This document shows positions 1 to 9,198 of a stretch of 64,000 nucleotides of DNA, in pieces (within the stretch, counting starts at the first letter, position 1; the number at the start of each line of letters is the position of its first letter). Location of the stretch: assembly GCA_002451165.1 (NCBI GenBank), contig DKBH01000003.1, positions 38,698 to 102,697 on the forward strand, in the 5' to 3' direction. The notes beneath the pieces were generated by a model. It saw only the letters and a program-made list of their open reading frames with translations. It was not told the DNA's origin and ran no database searches. Origin of the DNA: Nitrospiraceae bacterium UBA6905. Lineage in GTDB: Bacteria > Nitrospirota > Thermodesulfovibrionia > Thermodesulfovibrionales > UBA6898. A program made the translations under genes and the position numbers.

Positions 1-1
1 C

Positions 2-520
2 CAATGGCTGAAGACTCCGCTGGGGAGGAAGATATCAGCCCTTGAGATCAAGGCGACGCCCGCGCAAAAGATCGCGGGGGCTGCATCGTTCGAGGGCGTG
101 CACGCGAAACTGCCGGAAGAGCGGCGAGAGATCATTCAGGATATGGAACGAGCTCTCTGCATGACCGATCTCAGCATCGACGTCATTTCCCAGTCCCTGT
201 ACGAGATGCTCAAGGGTATGCAATCACAGCTGGCAGAGCACAGTTCTCTGGGCTCTGCAGAGATTGACGCGCTGGTGGGCAGCGTACGAAGCATGCCGCG
301 TGCACAACTGACGCGGCATATCCTGGATCTCCTTTCCTACCAGTGCCGGGATTTGACGGACGAGGAGATCAGATCGGCCATGAGGTTTTCTGCAACGCCA
401 GCCGGAACGTGGTTCCGTGAGACCAGCAGACACGCTATAGGAGATGCCATAGGAAAGGCGTCCCGTGAAACGGGGGAGAAGATCGGCAGATCACTGGTGC
501 TAAGACGTCTCGCCGTCTGA
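2..520 (+). CDS. DUF2059-like hypothetical protein (5' partial, open to the window edge)
   Basis: The frame is open from position 2, so the listed start at 98 is a GTG inside an open frame. The C-terminal motif LTDEEIRSAMRFSATPAGTWF resembles the DUF2059 signature as I recall it. Confidence 0.45.
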   Translation, partial: QWLKTPLGRKISALEIKATPAQKIAGAASFEGVHAKLPEERREIIQDMERALCMTDLSIDVISQSLYEMLKGMQSQLAEHSSLGSAEIDALVGSVRSMPRAQLTRHILDLLSYQCRDLTDEEIRSAMRFSATPAGTWFRETSRHAIGDAIGKASRETGEKIGRSLVLRRLAV

Positions 521-524
521 AGCA

Positions 525-1298
525 CTATGGCTGTTTTTCTTCGCTTTGCTTCCGGACATTAGGGTCAGTTCCTCCGCCGCCCCTCTTCCCATATTGGTCC
601 AATCGTTCTTGTATCTGCATCACTGTTTGTTTGCCAATGAGCGCTGTTTCCTCTCTGACAGCGCGCTCGATGAGCTTTTCTGCATCCTGTTCCTGCTCCC
701 CATCCAGCATAAGATAGACCACTTCTCCCATCCGTCGGATAATGTCTTCCCGGGTGTTATCCTTGACGATCTTTACCTTGCCATGCTCATACGCAAGAAT
801 GACGGCAATATAATTCTTCCAGAGTTCTTTTTCGATGTCATTGAGCGACGAATCATCGGTGAGCACGGGAAGCGTAACGGTGATGTCATAGAAAAGGTCG
901 ATGTCGTGGATAAGGATATCAATATGCAGTTTATCGTTCTCTTCGTCGTATTCCGTGGTATAGGACAGTTGATAGCTCCAGCCCAGTGACCAGGCAAAGG
1001 TTGATGTCTGACGCTTCCGCGATTTCCTGTCGTATGGACCGTTTTCCTCCGCCGACTTGACGATCTCGGCGTAGGTCCTGCCAAACACCGGATAGAACTC
1101 ATACCGGACGTCGGGTCGAAGGCCCAGGCTCTGGGCGACCGAGTATTTTTGCGATCGGTGAGCCGACTGCGGTAAGGATTTTTTCGGAGCGGACACAAGG
1201 TTTCCCGCTGCATCAAAATGCTGTACGATTTCTCCCCGGGAATTGCTGGGAAGCGATACAACGAGGAGAAATGCGAGCAACAGGGCGTAACGCCTCAT
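525..1298 (-). CDS. Secreted hypothetical protein, DUF922/COG5661-like
   Basis: N-terminal signal peptide (MRRYALLLAFLLVVSLPSNS). The YEFYPVFGRTYAEI...TSTFAWSLGWSY...TLPV...LWKNY...AYEHGK layout matches my recollection of DUF922. The HExxH-like motif is degenerate (YEHGK). Confidence 0.5.
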   Translation of the reverse strand: MRRYALLLAFLLVVSLPSNSRGEIVQHFDAAGNLVSAPKKSLPQSAHRSQKYSVAQSLGLRPDVRYEFYPVFGRTYAEIVKSAEENGPYDRKSRKRQTSTFAWSLGWSYQLSYTTEYDEENDKLHIDILIHDIDLFYDITVTLPVLTDDSSLNDIEKELWKNYIAVILAYEHGKVKIVKDNTREDIIRRMGEVVYLMLDGEQEQDAEKLIERAVREETALIGKQTVMQIQERLDQYGKRGGGGTDPNVRKQSEEKQP

Positions 1299-1403
1299 GC
1301 AGTAAGCATACTCTTCTTTTCCGGCGAAAGCAAATCAGGGAGCGACCTAATTCCGGTTCAATCTGGTACAATATTCACGCGAAAGGAACCATCAGCGCTG
1401 ACC

Positions 1404-2282
1404 ATGGAAGATGTCTACAACATAAAACTGCCGGTTTTCGAAGGCCCGCTTGAACTCCTGCTCCATCTCATCCGGGAGAACAAGGTTGACATCTATGATA
1501 TCCCCATATCCCTCATCACGGGACAATATCTGACCTATATCGAGATGATGAAAGAACTGGACCTGGAGATTGCCGGAGAATTTCTCCTCATGGCTGCAAC
1601 CCTTATCCATATCAAGTCCCGCATGCTTCTCCCCCCTGACGAAGAGGCGCCTATGGAAGAGATGGAGGACCCGCGGCTTGAGCTCGTGCAGCGCCTGCTC
1701 GAGTACCAGGCTTTCCGGGATGCAGCTGGGATCCTGAAGGAGCGGGAGGAGGAGGCGCTCAAGCTCTTCGGACGTGAAAAGACCTCCTTCGACCCTGAGC
1801 GTACAGACGAGCAGCAGGAGCTCTATCTGTTCGACATCAACCTCTTCGATCTGCTCGGCGCATTCAAGAAGATCCTCGATACCGCCCCGCCTGAGGTCAG
1901 GACCATTACGAAGGAAACGCTTACCGTGAAGGACCGTATGATGCATATAGCTGAAAGGCTTGAGCAGGTCGATGCTGTGCGGTTCGAAGAGCTTTTTTCG
2001 GATGTCGGGGGGCGGGTGCAGCTTATCGTTACGTTTCTCGCGCTCCTCGAGCTTCTCCGGCTCGGTCTGGCGCGCGTCTACCAGGAGGGGGAGTTCGGCA
2101 ATATCTGGGTGATCAATCCGAACAGGCGGGCGGCAGACATTGCAGCGCATACAGGAGAAACAGGGGTGGGACGGACGGAGGTTTCGCACAGCGAATATCC
2201 TGCGGAGCAGGCTGTCCCGCATCAGGGATCGCGGGACCTGTCTGGTCCTGCAAACAATGACAAGGTGGTACCACAAGCGGCC
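1404..2282 (+). CDS. scpA: Segregation and condensation protein A (ScpA), with no stop codon before ileS
   Basis: The ATG at 1404 gives MEDVYNIKLPVFEGPLELLLHLIRENKVDIYDIPISLITGQYL, a typical ScpA N-terminus. The ScpA-like part ends near EGEFGNIWVI (about 2110). The frame then stays open into ileS. Confidence 0.8.
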
Positions 2283-5078
2283 ATGACAAGAGACTTCAAG
2301 GATACCCTAAATCTTCCCACAACGGATTTTCCGATGAAGGCCAATCTTTCCCAGCGCGAGCCCGAAATGCTCCGGCATTGGGATGAGGAACATATCTATG
2401 CGCGGATGCAGGAGAAGAACTGTGGTGCTGCAGCATACATCCTTCATGACGGGCCTCCCTATGCGAATGGGCATATTCATATGGGGCATGCTCTGAACAA
2501 GATTCTGAAGGACGTGATCGTAAAGTACAAGACCATGAAGGGATTTTCCGCACCCTACATTCCGGGCTGGGACTGTCATGGCCTGCCGATAGAGCTCCAG
2601 GTGGACAAGAACCTGGGAGACAAGAAGCATGCTGTCGCGATCCTTGAGAAGCGTCAGCTCTGCAGAGAGTATGCAGCGAAGTTCATCGATATTCAGCGCG
2701 ATGAATTCAGGCGGCTAGGGGTATTTGGCGACTGGTCGCAGCCATATCTCACCATGACCTTTGACTATGAGGCCGCAATCGTGCGGGAGTTTCAGACCTT
2801 TCTCAGAAAGGGATATGTCCATAAGAGGAATAAACCCGTGCACTGGTGTCCGTCGTGCGTAACGGCCCTTGCAGAGGCCGAGGTCGAATATGCGGACAAG
2901 GAATCACCTTCGATATTCGTAAAGTTCCCGCTGGACGATGAAAATATCAAGAAATATCTGCCGGAGCTCAGCGGCAGAAAGGTCTCGGTCATCATCTGGA
3001 CGACCACGCCGTGGACGCTGCCGGCAAATCTTGCAATCGCATTTCATCCTGACCTGCAATATGTCGCCGTTGAGCAGGAGGGCGAAGTCTTTATTGTTGC
3101 TGAGGGTCGTCAGGAAGCTCTGAAGGAACGGATAGGACTTTCCGGTGCAGTTCTTGCAAGGCGGGCGGGAAATGATCTTGAGGGAATCGAGGCAGGTCAT
3201 CCATTCATCGCAAGAAGATCACGGGGAGTCCTGGGAGAATTTGTTTCTCTTGAGGAGGGCACGGGCGTTGTGCATATCGCTCCCGGCCATGGTGAGGATG
3301 ATTATGAGATCGGCCTGAAATACGGCTTGGATATTTATGCACCCGTTGATGACGGTGGAAAATTCACGCAGCAGGCGGGAGACCTGCAGGGACAGTTTGT
3401 ATTGAAAGCGAATGACGCGATTCTGGAGAAATTGAAAGCGCAGCACACGCTGATTCGGGAGGAAAAAATATCACACTCCTATCCTCACTGCTGGCGCTGC
3501 AAGAAGCCGGTCATTTTCCGCGCCACGGAACAGTGGTTCATTTCCGTGGAGCACGACGGACTGCGTGCCAAGTGCCTTGAAGAGATCGACCGGGTGGTGT
3601 GGGTACCCAAATGGGGGCGGGAGCGTATCCATGCCATGGTCTCGAACCGCCCTGACTGGTGCGTTTCGCGGCAGCGGAGCTGGGGCGTGCCGATCACCGT
3701 CATCACCTGCAGTGACTGCGGTAAGTTCATACAGGACGAGACCGTGCTTAACACCGTCGTGGACTTCGTGGAACAGCACGGTGCCGACGTCTGGTTCGTC
3801 AAAGCGGCAGAGGAATTTCTGCCGGAGGGATATGCATGTCGTTCATGCGGATCAACAGCGTTTCGCAAGGAGACGGACATCCTTGATGTCTGGTTCGACT
3901 CCGGGGTAAGTCATGCCGCTGTTGTTGAACGCGACCCACGGCTTACCTGGCCGGCGGATCTCTATCTTGAGGGCAGCGACCAGCACCGGGGCTGGTTCCA
4001 GAGCTCGCTTCTTGCGTCGGTCGGTACACGGGGAACCGCGCCTTACCGCACCGTGCTTACTCATGGATTTGTTGTCGACGGTTCAGGAAAGAAGATGTCG
4101 AAGTCGCAGGGGAACGTCATTGCGCCGCAGGAGATCATCAAGAACTACGGTGCCGAGATACTCCGCATATGGGTATCGGCCGAAGACTACCGCGATGATA
4201 TCAGGATATCCAAGGAGATTCTGAACCGGCTCACCGAAGCATACCGCAAGATTAGGAATACCTGCCGGTTCCTTCTCGGGAACCTGGCGGATTTTGATCA
4301 TGCCGATTATTCGGATCGTCTTCAGGAGGTTGACCGCTGGGCCATGAGCCGGCTGCAGGGACTTACCCGCAGAGTGACCCGGGCGTATGAACATTTCGAT
4401 TTTCATGAAGTATTCCATGCGATCCACAACTTCTGCGTCGTCGATATGAGCGCTATTTATCTCGATATCCTTAAGGATAGACTGTACACGGCTAGGACGG
4501 ATGCTGCGGAGCGACGGGCAAGCCAGTGGGCCCTTGCCGAGATCCTTTCCGTCCTGACCCGCCTCATGGCGCCGGTGCTTTCCTTTACTGCCGAGGAGGT
4601 ATGGGGGCATGTCATCACGAAGGGGGTCGGGACCGTTGGCGCGGGCGATGCTTCGGTCTTCCTTGCCTCGTTTCCCGAGGTGCAGGAGAGGTTCATTGAC
4701 GTGGAACTCGAACAGAGATGGAAAGATCTGCTCTTGCTTCGCGACGAGGTGAACAAGGCGCTGGAGATCAAGCGTGCCGAGAAGTTCATCGGCAACTCCC
4801 TTGAGGCGCGGCTCATGATCTATCTGCCCGATGAGTATCGGCAGCTTGCAGCGGCCTATGCAGCATTTCTCCCTGTCTTTTTCCTGGTATCGTCTGTGCA
4901 GCTCAGCGATGAGAGCCTTGAAGATGCCTACGAGGGCGTTGTCGTTAAAGGTCTGCGGATACGGGTGGAGCGTGCAAGGGGCAATAAATGCCAGAGGTGC
5001 TGGAACTGGAGTGAAAGCGTCGGGACCTTCAGCGACATCCCCGAGGTCTGCGATAAGTGCTACGACGTTCTTGCATGA
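2283..5078 (+). CDS. ileS: Isoleucine--tRNA ligase (type 1, C-terminal zinc finger)
   Basis: MTRDFKDTLNLPTTDFPMKANL...HDGPPYANGHIHMGH (HIGH motif), KMSKS present, C-terminal CQRCWNW...CDKC. Confidence 0.95.
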   Translation: MTRDFKDTLNLPTTDFPMKANLSQREPEMLRHWDEEHIYARMQEKNCGAAAYILHDGPPYANGHIHMGHALNKILKDVIVKYKTMKGFSAPYIPGWDCHGLPIELQVDKNLGDKKHAVAILEKRQLCREYAAKFIDIQRDEFRRLGVFGDWSQPYLTMTFDYEAAIVREFQTFLRKGYVHKRNKPVHWCPSCVTALAEAEVEYADKESPSIFVKFPLDDENIKKYLPELSGRKVSVIIWTTTPWTLPANLAIAFHPDLQYVAVEQEGEVFIVAEGRQEALKERIGLSGAVLARRAGNDLEGIEAGHPFIARRSRGVLGEFVSLEEGTGVVHIAPGHGEDDYEIGLKYGLDIYAPVDDGGKFTQQAGDLQGQFVLKANDAILEKLKAQHTLIREEKISHSYPHCWRCKKPVIFRATEQWFISVEHDGLRAKCLEEIDRVVWVPKWGRERIHAMVSNRPDWCVSRQRSWGVPITVITCSDCGKFIQDETVLNTVVDFVEQHGADVWFVKAAEEFLPEGYACRSCGSTAFRKETDILDVWFDSGVSHAAVVERDPRLTWPADLYLEGSDQHRGWFQSSLLASVGTRGTAPYRTVLTHGFVVDGSGKKMSKSQGNVIAPQEIIKNYGAEILRIWVSAEDYRDDIRISKEILNRLTEAYRKIRNTCRFLLGNLADFDHADYSDRLQEVDRWAMSRLQGLTRRVTRAYEHFDFHEVFHAIHNFCVVDMSAIYLDILKDRLYTARTDAAERRASQWALAEILSVLTRLMAPVLSFTAEEVWGHVITKGVGTVGAGDASVFLASFPEVQERFIDVELEQRWKDLLLLRDEVNKALEIKRAEKFIGNSLEARLMIYLPDEYRQLAAAYAAFLPVFFLVSSVQLSDESLEDAYEGVVVKGLRIRVERARGNKCQRCWNWSESVGTFSDIPEVCDKCYDVLA

Positions 5079-5524
5079 AGAAGCGAATACTGCTGTCGCT
5101 CCTTATTGCGCTCATAACGGTGCTTCTTGACCAGGTAACAAAGTACCTCGCCAGGACGCGTATTCATCCCTACGAAATGATCAATGTTTTCCCGTTGCTT
5201 GATCTCGTGAATGTCCGCAATCAGGGTGCTGCCTTTGGTATCTTCAGCAGCTTCGGCAATACGTTCTTCATTGTTATTTCGTTCGTGGCGATCATGTTCA
5301 TGGTATGGGTCATTCTGAAGGACAAGGAGGACTATCGGATCTTCGCTCTGCTTGCGGGAGGGGCTGCCGGGAACCTCATTGACAGGATTACGCTCGGATA
5401 CGTTGTCGACTTTATTTATTTTGGGGCCGGAAGGTATCGCTGGCCTGCCTTCAATGTTGCTGATTCCGTGCTTTCGATCGGCATGGTGCTCATGGCCTTC
5501 AAACTTCTGCGGGGCAGGCAGTAA
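5075..5524 (+). CDS. lspA: Lipoprotein signal peptidase II
   Basis: The ATG overlaps the ileS TGA (ATGA). MKKRILLSLLIALITVLLDQVTKY...NQGAAFG...FNVADS motifs are present. The ileS-lspA linkage is the classic arrangement. Confidence 0.9.
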   Translation: MKKRILLSLLIALITVLLDQVTKYLARTRIHPYEMINVFPLLDLVNVRNQGAAFGIFSSFGNTFFIVISFVAIMFMVWVILKDKEDYRIFALLAGGAAGNLIDRITLGYVVDFIYFGAGRYRWPAFNVADSVLSIGMVLMAFKLLRGRQ

Positions 5525-6285
5525 TGTTCCCCGTTCTGATCAGGATAGGCCCGATCACGATCCATACCTATGGGTTCCTCATCGCCATGGCCTTTCTTCT
5601 CGGTCTGTGGATAGCTCTTCGGCAGGCTGGCCGTGAAGGACTTTCGAAAGAGAAGATAGCGGACATGGGGTTCTATGCGTTATTTGCCGGGATCGTCGGT
5701 TCCCGGATCTTTTTTATTGCGACGGATTGGGAGCATTTTTCCGCTCATCCTGCTGATATGTTCAAAATATGGGAAGGCGGGCTCGTCTTTTACGGTGGGG
5801 TGATTTTTGCCATTCCAGTTGCTGTATGGTACGCTCGAAAACAAGGGTTGCCGTTATGGCAGACGGCAGATATCTGGGCGCCGTCTGTAGCCGTCGGTCA
5901 TGCCATCGGCAGGCTGGGCTGCTTCTGCGCGGGCTGCTGTTACGGCCTTCCAACTGACCTGCCGTGGGGCGTGACCTTTAACCATGCCGAAACACTTGCG
6001 GTGAGGGCCGTCCCGCTCCATCCGACGCAGTTGTATGAGTCTGCTGCGGAACTGATGAACTTCGTGATCCTTCTTTTCCTTCGGCGTAAAAAGTCCTTTC
6101 AGGGGCAGATCTTCTGGGTATACGTTCTGAACTACGCCATCATCCGTGCAATTGTCGAGCTCTTCAGGGGGGATATTGAAAGAGGATTTATCCTGCCCGG
6201 CATATCCGTTTCCCAGGGCATCAGCGTTGTGATGCTCGTGACGGCATGCGCTTTTCTCCTGAAACTCCGGAAGCACAGGATATGA
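5524..6285 (+). CDS. lgt: Prolipoprotein diacylglyceryl transferase
   Basis: TAATG overlap with lspA. IHTYGFLIAMAFLLG...WEGGLVFYGG...GRLGCF...HPTQLYES are typical Lgt motifs. Confidence 0.9.
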   Translation: MFPVLIRIGPITIHTYGFLIAMAFLLGLWIALRQAGREGLSKEKIADMGFYALFAGIVGSRIFFIATDWEHFSAHPADMFKIWEGGLVFYGGVIFAIPVAVWYARKQGLPLWQTADIWAPSVAVGHAIGRLGCFCAGCCYGLPTDLPWGVTFNHAETLAVRAVPLHPTQLYESAAELMNFVILLFLRRKKSFQGQIFWVYVLNYAIIRAIVELFRGDIERGFILPGISVSQGISVVMLVTACAFLLKLRKHRI

Positions 6286-6291
6286 CATGAT

Positions 6292-6795
6292 ATGAGATAC
6301 GGAAGAGCTGCGATAGGCTTGCTGCTGATGGTGATCGTGGTCATCATTGCCTGCTCGCCGGGCGTCGATAAAAAGAAGTTCGACGGAGCGCGGAAGACGG
6401 CGCAGGCAGTTCGGCAGTCCCTTGACAATCTTGATGATTATGCGACGTTTACGAAGGTCTTCGATGCCTTTGCGAACGAGGTAATTGCACTTCGCGATAC
6501 CGCCTCTAATGAAAGAGAGCAGCAGCTACTCAGACAATACGCTGACCTTCTCATGACGTACCAGGACGGTCTTCAGCTCTGGGAATACAAAGTCGAATCA
6601 TCGCAGTACAGCTGGGTTCCCGAGGGAAGGATATACCTCGAACCGAAGATCAAAGCTCTTGCCCTCAAATATCACCTTCCGGTGCAGGCGCATATGCTGG
6701 AATTGACGCAGCACACGTGGAAGAGCATACCGGCCGATTCGCTCAAGATCATCTGGGAGCGAGCCAGGCTTCAGTATGGGAAGCTGAGCTCATAG
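6292..6795 (+). CDS. Hypothetical lipoprotein
   Basis: Signal peptide with lipobox (VIIACSPG). No recognisable family. Confidence 0.45.
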   Translation: MRYGRAAIGLLLMVIVVIIACSPGVDKKKFDGARKTAQAVRQSLDNLDDYATFTKVFDAFANEVIALRDTASNEREQQLLRQYADLLMTYQDGLQLWEYKVESSQYSWVPEGRIYLEPKIKALALKYHLPVQAHMLELTQHTWKSIPADSLKIIWERARLQYGKLSS

Positions 6796-7369
6796 AGCGA
6801 GGCGCCTTGTCCTGACGCGGGTGCGTAGTTCGTCAAGCATGTTCTTCTGGTTCTTGTCTGTAACAGAGGGAACAGATGGACAATAGATGTGATCAACAAC
6901 TTTTATGCCGCTGAGGCGGAATATGCCTGAGTCGATGGTCAGCTCAAAGCTTCGGTACATGCCTCGTTGTGCAAGGTCTTCCCGTGACGCCCCCGTGGTC
7001 GTGATAAGAAAGACTTTCTTGTCGGCGGGCAAGCCGACTCAGCCGGTCTCGTTGAGCTCATAGGCAAATTCTTAGAAAAGGCCCGCTCGATAATGCCTTT
7101 CGGCATGGCCGGCATTCCCGACCACCTCAGAGGATAGACGACGGCCAGGATATCGGCCTGCCGTAGGAGTTCTTGCTCCACCCTCACGTCGTTGCACACA
7201 GCCCCGTTCTGGATTGCTATTAGGGCAGCGGCGCGAGCACGGGTTGAATAGGGATCTCTGAGCTTCAGTCCCTTCCCCGCTTCATAAATTTGTCGGTAAT
7301 AGCTTGCACTATGGCATGGTTGAAACTCTCGGGATTCGGGTGTGCATACACCAACTGGTTCATATTCAT
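6790..7369 (-). pseudogene. Decayed NAD(P)H dehydrogenase (quinone)/flavodoxin-like-fold gene
   Basis: Family-like segments lie in different frames and are interrupted by stops. They are MNMNQLVYAHPNPESFNHAIVQAI...KRGRD-TGA, then DVRVEQELLRQADILAVVYPLRWSGMPAMPKGIIERAFS, then EFAYELNETG-TGA-VGLPADKKVFLITTTGAS. Confidence 0.6.
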
Positions 7370-7437
7370 AACTGCTCCTTTTTTCGCCGAGGTCCGGTGA
7401 CTTCAGCAGCCGGCAAAGCATCGCTTATGACCAGCAA

Positions 7438-8502
7438 TCACAGGGACAGATATGCCCTGGGATTGAGGTCAGGCCCGGCAAACTCTCTCTTCAGAAACCG
7501 ATGAAAACCGGCTGCCGCTATCATCGCGGCATTATCCGTGCAAAGGGACACGGGAGGTATGAAGACCTCAGCCTGCAGTTCCTCAGCCATCTTTTTCATC
7601 TTCTCCCTGAGGACCCTGTTTGCCGATACGCCGCCGGAAAGGGTAATCCTTCCGATCTTCTTCTTTTTTGCTGCCCACTTCGTTTTTCTGACCAGCACGT
7701 CTGTGACCGCGGCCTGAAACGATGCTGCAATATCCCGCAGATGCTCATCGGCAAGTTTCGACGCTTTTCCGGGAGGACTTCCCGAATCCCTTTTCCCTGC
7801 GCTCTCTTCAATAATCTGAGATGCCGACATCAGATAATTCCGCACCGCCGTCTTCAGCCCGCTGAAACTGAAATCATACGTCTCGGGAAGGTAGGCACGC
7901 GGAAAGGCAATAGCCTTGGGATCACCCTCCTGCGCAAGGCGGTCGATCAGCGGTCCTCCGGGATATCCGAGGCCGAGGAGCTTCGAGATCTTGTCGTAAG
8001 CCTCTCCTGCTGCATCATCGCGGGTCTTGCCGAGTAGGGTATACGTGCCATAATCTTCAGCGATGTAAAGGCTGGTGTGTCCGCCTGATACGATCAGCGA
8101 TAAGAACGGGAAGTCCGGAGCGTGCGCATCGAGGAAGGGTGAAAGGAGATGCCCTTCCAGATGGTTTACTGCCACGAGGGGGATGTTTCGGGAATAGCAG
8201 ACTGCCTTTGCAAAAGAGCAGCCGACAAGGAGGGAGCCGATGAGGCCGGGGCCATGGCAGACTGCTACTGCACCAAGGTCGGAGATAGTGACCGCTGCCT
8301 GACGGAGGGCCTCTTCCACCACGGGCAGGATCATCTCAATGTGCCTTCGGGATGCAAGTTCCGGCACAATGCCGCCGTATTTCGTATGGATATCGGATTG
8401 GCTCGATACGACATTCGAAACGATTTTTCTGCCATCTTCTACGACTGCCGCAGCAGTATCGTCACAGGAAGTATCTATGCCGAGGATCAGCATAAGAAAC
8501 AC
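7438..8502 (-). CDS. tsaD: tRNA N6-adenosine threonylcarbamoyltransferase
   Basis: LILGIDTSCDDTAAAVVEDG...GGIVPELASRRH...GPGLIGSLLVG...VNHLEGH, the Kae1/TsaD signature. The start may be 8493. Confidence 0.9.
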   Translation of the reverse strand: MFLMLILGIDTSCDDTAAAVVEDGRKIVSNVVSSQSDIHTKYGGIVPELASRRHIEMILPVVEEALRQAAVTISDLGAVAVCHGPGLIGSLLVGCSFAKAVCYSRNIPLVAVNHLEGHLLSPFLDAHAPDFPFLSLIVSGGHTSLYIAEDYGTYTLLGKTRDDAAGEAYDKISKLLGLGYPGGPLIDRLAQEGDPKAIAFPRAYLPETYDFSFSGLKTAVRNYLMSASQIIEESAGKRDSGSPPGKASKLADEHLRDIAASFQAAVTDVLVRKTKWAAKKKKIGRITLSGGVSANRVLREKMKKMAEELQAEVFIPPVSLCTDNAAMIAAAGFHRFLKREFAGPDLNPRAYLSL

Positions 8503-8544
8503 TACCGCTGTTTCAAAGAAGTTCTGGAAAGCGTTTCCCGTTTC

Positions 8545-9198
8545 CTACGGCAAGGGCTGTTCATAGACATTCACCCCTTTGGGCAGGTTCAGGTCAAAAA
8601 GGGAATCTTTGATCCCGGAATTGATAGTGATGTTGTTCAACCTGATCTCCACGGTGTTAGAGCGGCCGTCCTGTATCGTAAATCCCGAAATGGGGAAGCC
8701 CGTCTCGGATACAAAGACCGTGATCGATATGATGCCCGCCATGGCCTTTTTCGGTTTCAGCTGCAGGATGTTGTTCTTTCCGGTTATGAGGAACTCGTCG
8801 CGGAGGTTGCCCATGCCGGTGAGGAGCACGACCGGTGTTTGACCGTAGGCTTCTTTTGTGAAGGAGGAGCGATAGGCCTGGCTGTCACCTTTGTTATAGA
8901 TAAGAACCGTGTCATGATTGATAAGCAGGTCCTGTGCCGTCTTGCCCTTATACACCCATTTCATCTTGAGTGGCCTTTTGACAAAGAACTCGCCGGTGTA
9001 GGTGTCAACCTTATTCAGGTCCTTGATGACATTTTTCTGTACAAAGTTCCCCTTCATATCTGTGATGCCTTCATATGCCTTCTGTATGCGCGACACCAGA
9101 TCATCAACCTCCGCCCCCCGAACGGGCAACGGCTCCAAGGCTGACAGCATGACTGCGAGGAATGCGAGCAGGAACGGCATGACTCTGGGCCCGTTCAA
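8545..9198 (-). CDS. lolA: Outer-membrane lipoprotein carrier protein LolA-like
   Basis: Signal peptide, then LVSRIQKAYEGITDMKGNFVQ...YTGEFFVKRPLKMKWVY, a typical LolA pattern. The start is either the TTG at 9198 or the ATG at 9180. Confidence 0.7.
   Translation of the reverse strand: MNGPRVMPFLLAFLAVMLSALEPLPVRGAEVDDLVSRIQKAYEGITDMKGNFVQKNVIKDLNKVDTYTGEFFVKRPLKMKWVYKGKTAQDLLINHDTVLIYNKGDSQAYRSSFTKEAYGQTPVVLLTGMGNLRDEFLITGKNNILQLKPKKAMAGIISITVFVSETGFPISGFTIQDGRSNTVEIRLNNITINSGIKDSLFDLNLPKGVNVYEQPLP

Noticed and set aside
1218-1403. Upstream extension of the scpA/ileS ORF
   Set aside because: It overlaps the 5' end of the divergent DUF922-like gene. ScpA homology begins at the ATG at 1404.
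8149-9144. Long antisense ORFs opposite real genes (8149..9144, 16177..17160, 22058..23218, 1392..2276, 18867..19604, 50860..51585 and similar)
   Set aside because: Each lies opposite a gene with clear family motifs and has biased, low-complexity composition and no RBS. These are typical shadow ORFs of moderately GC-rich coding DNA.
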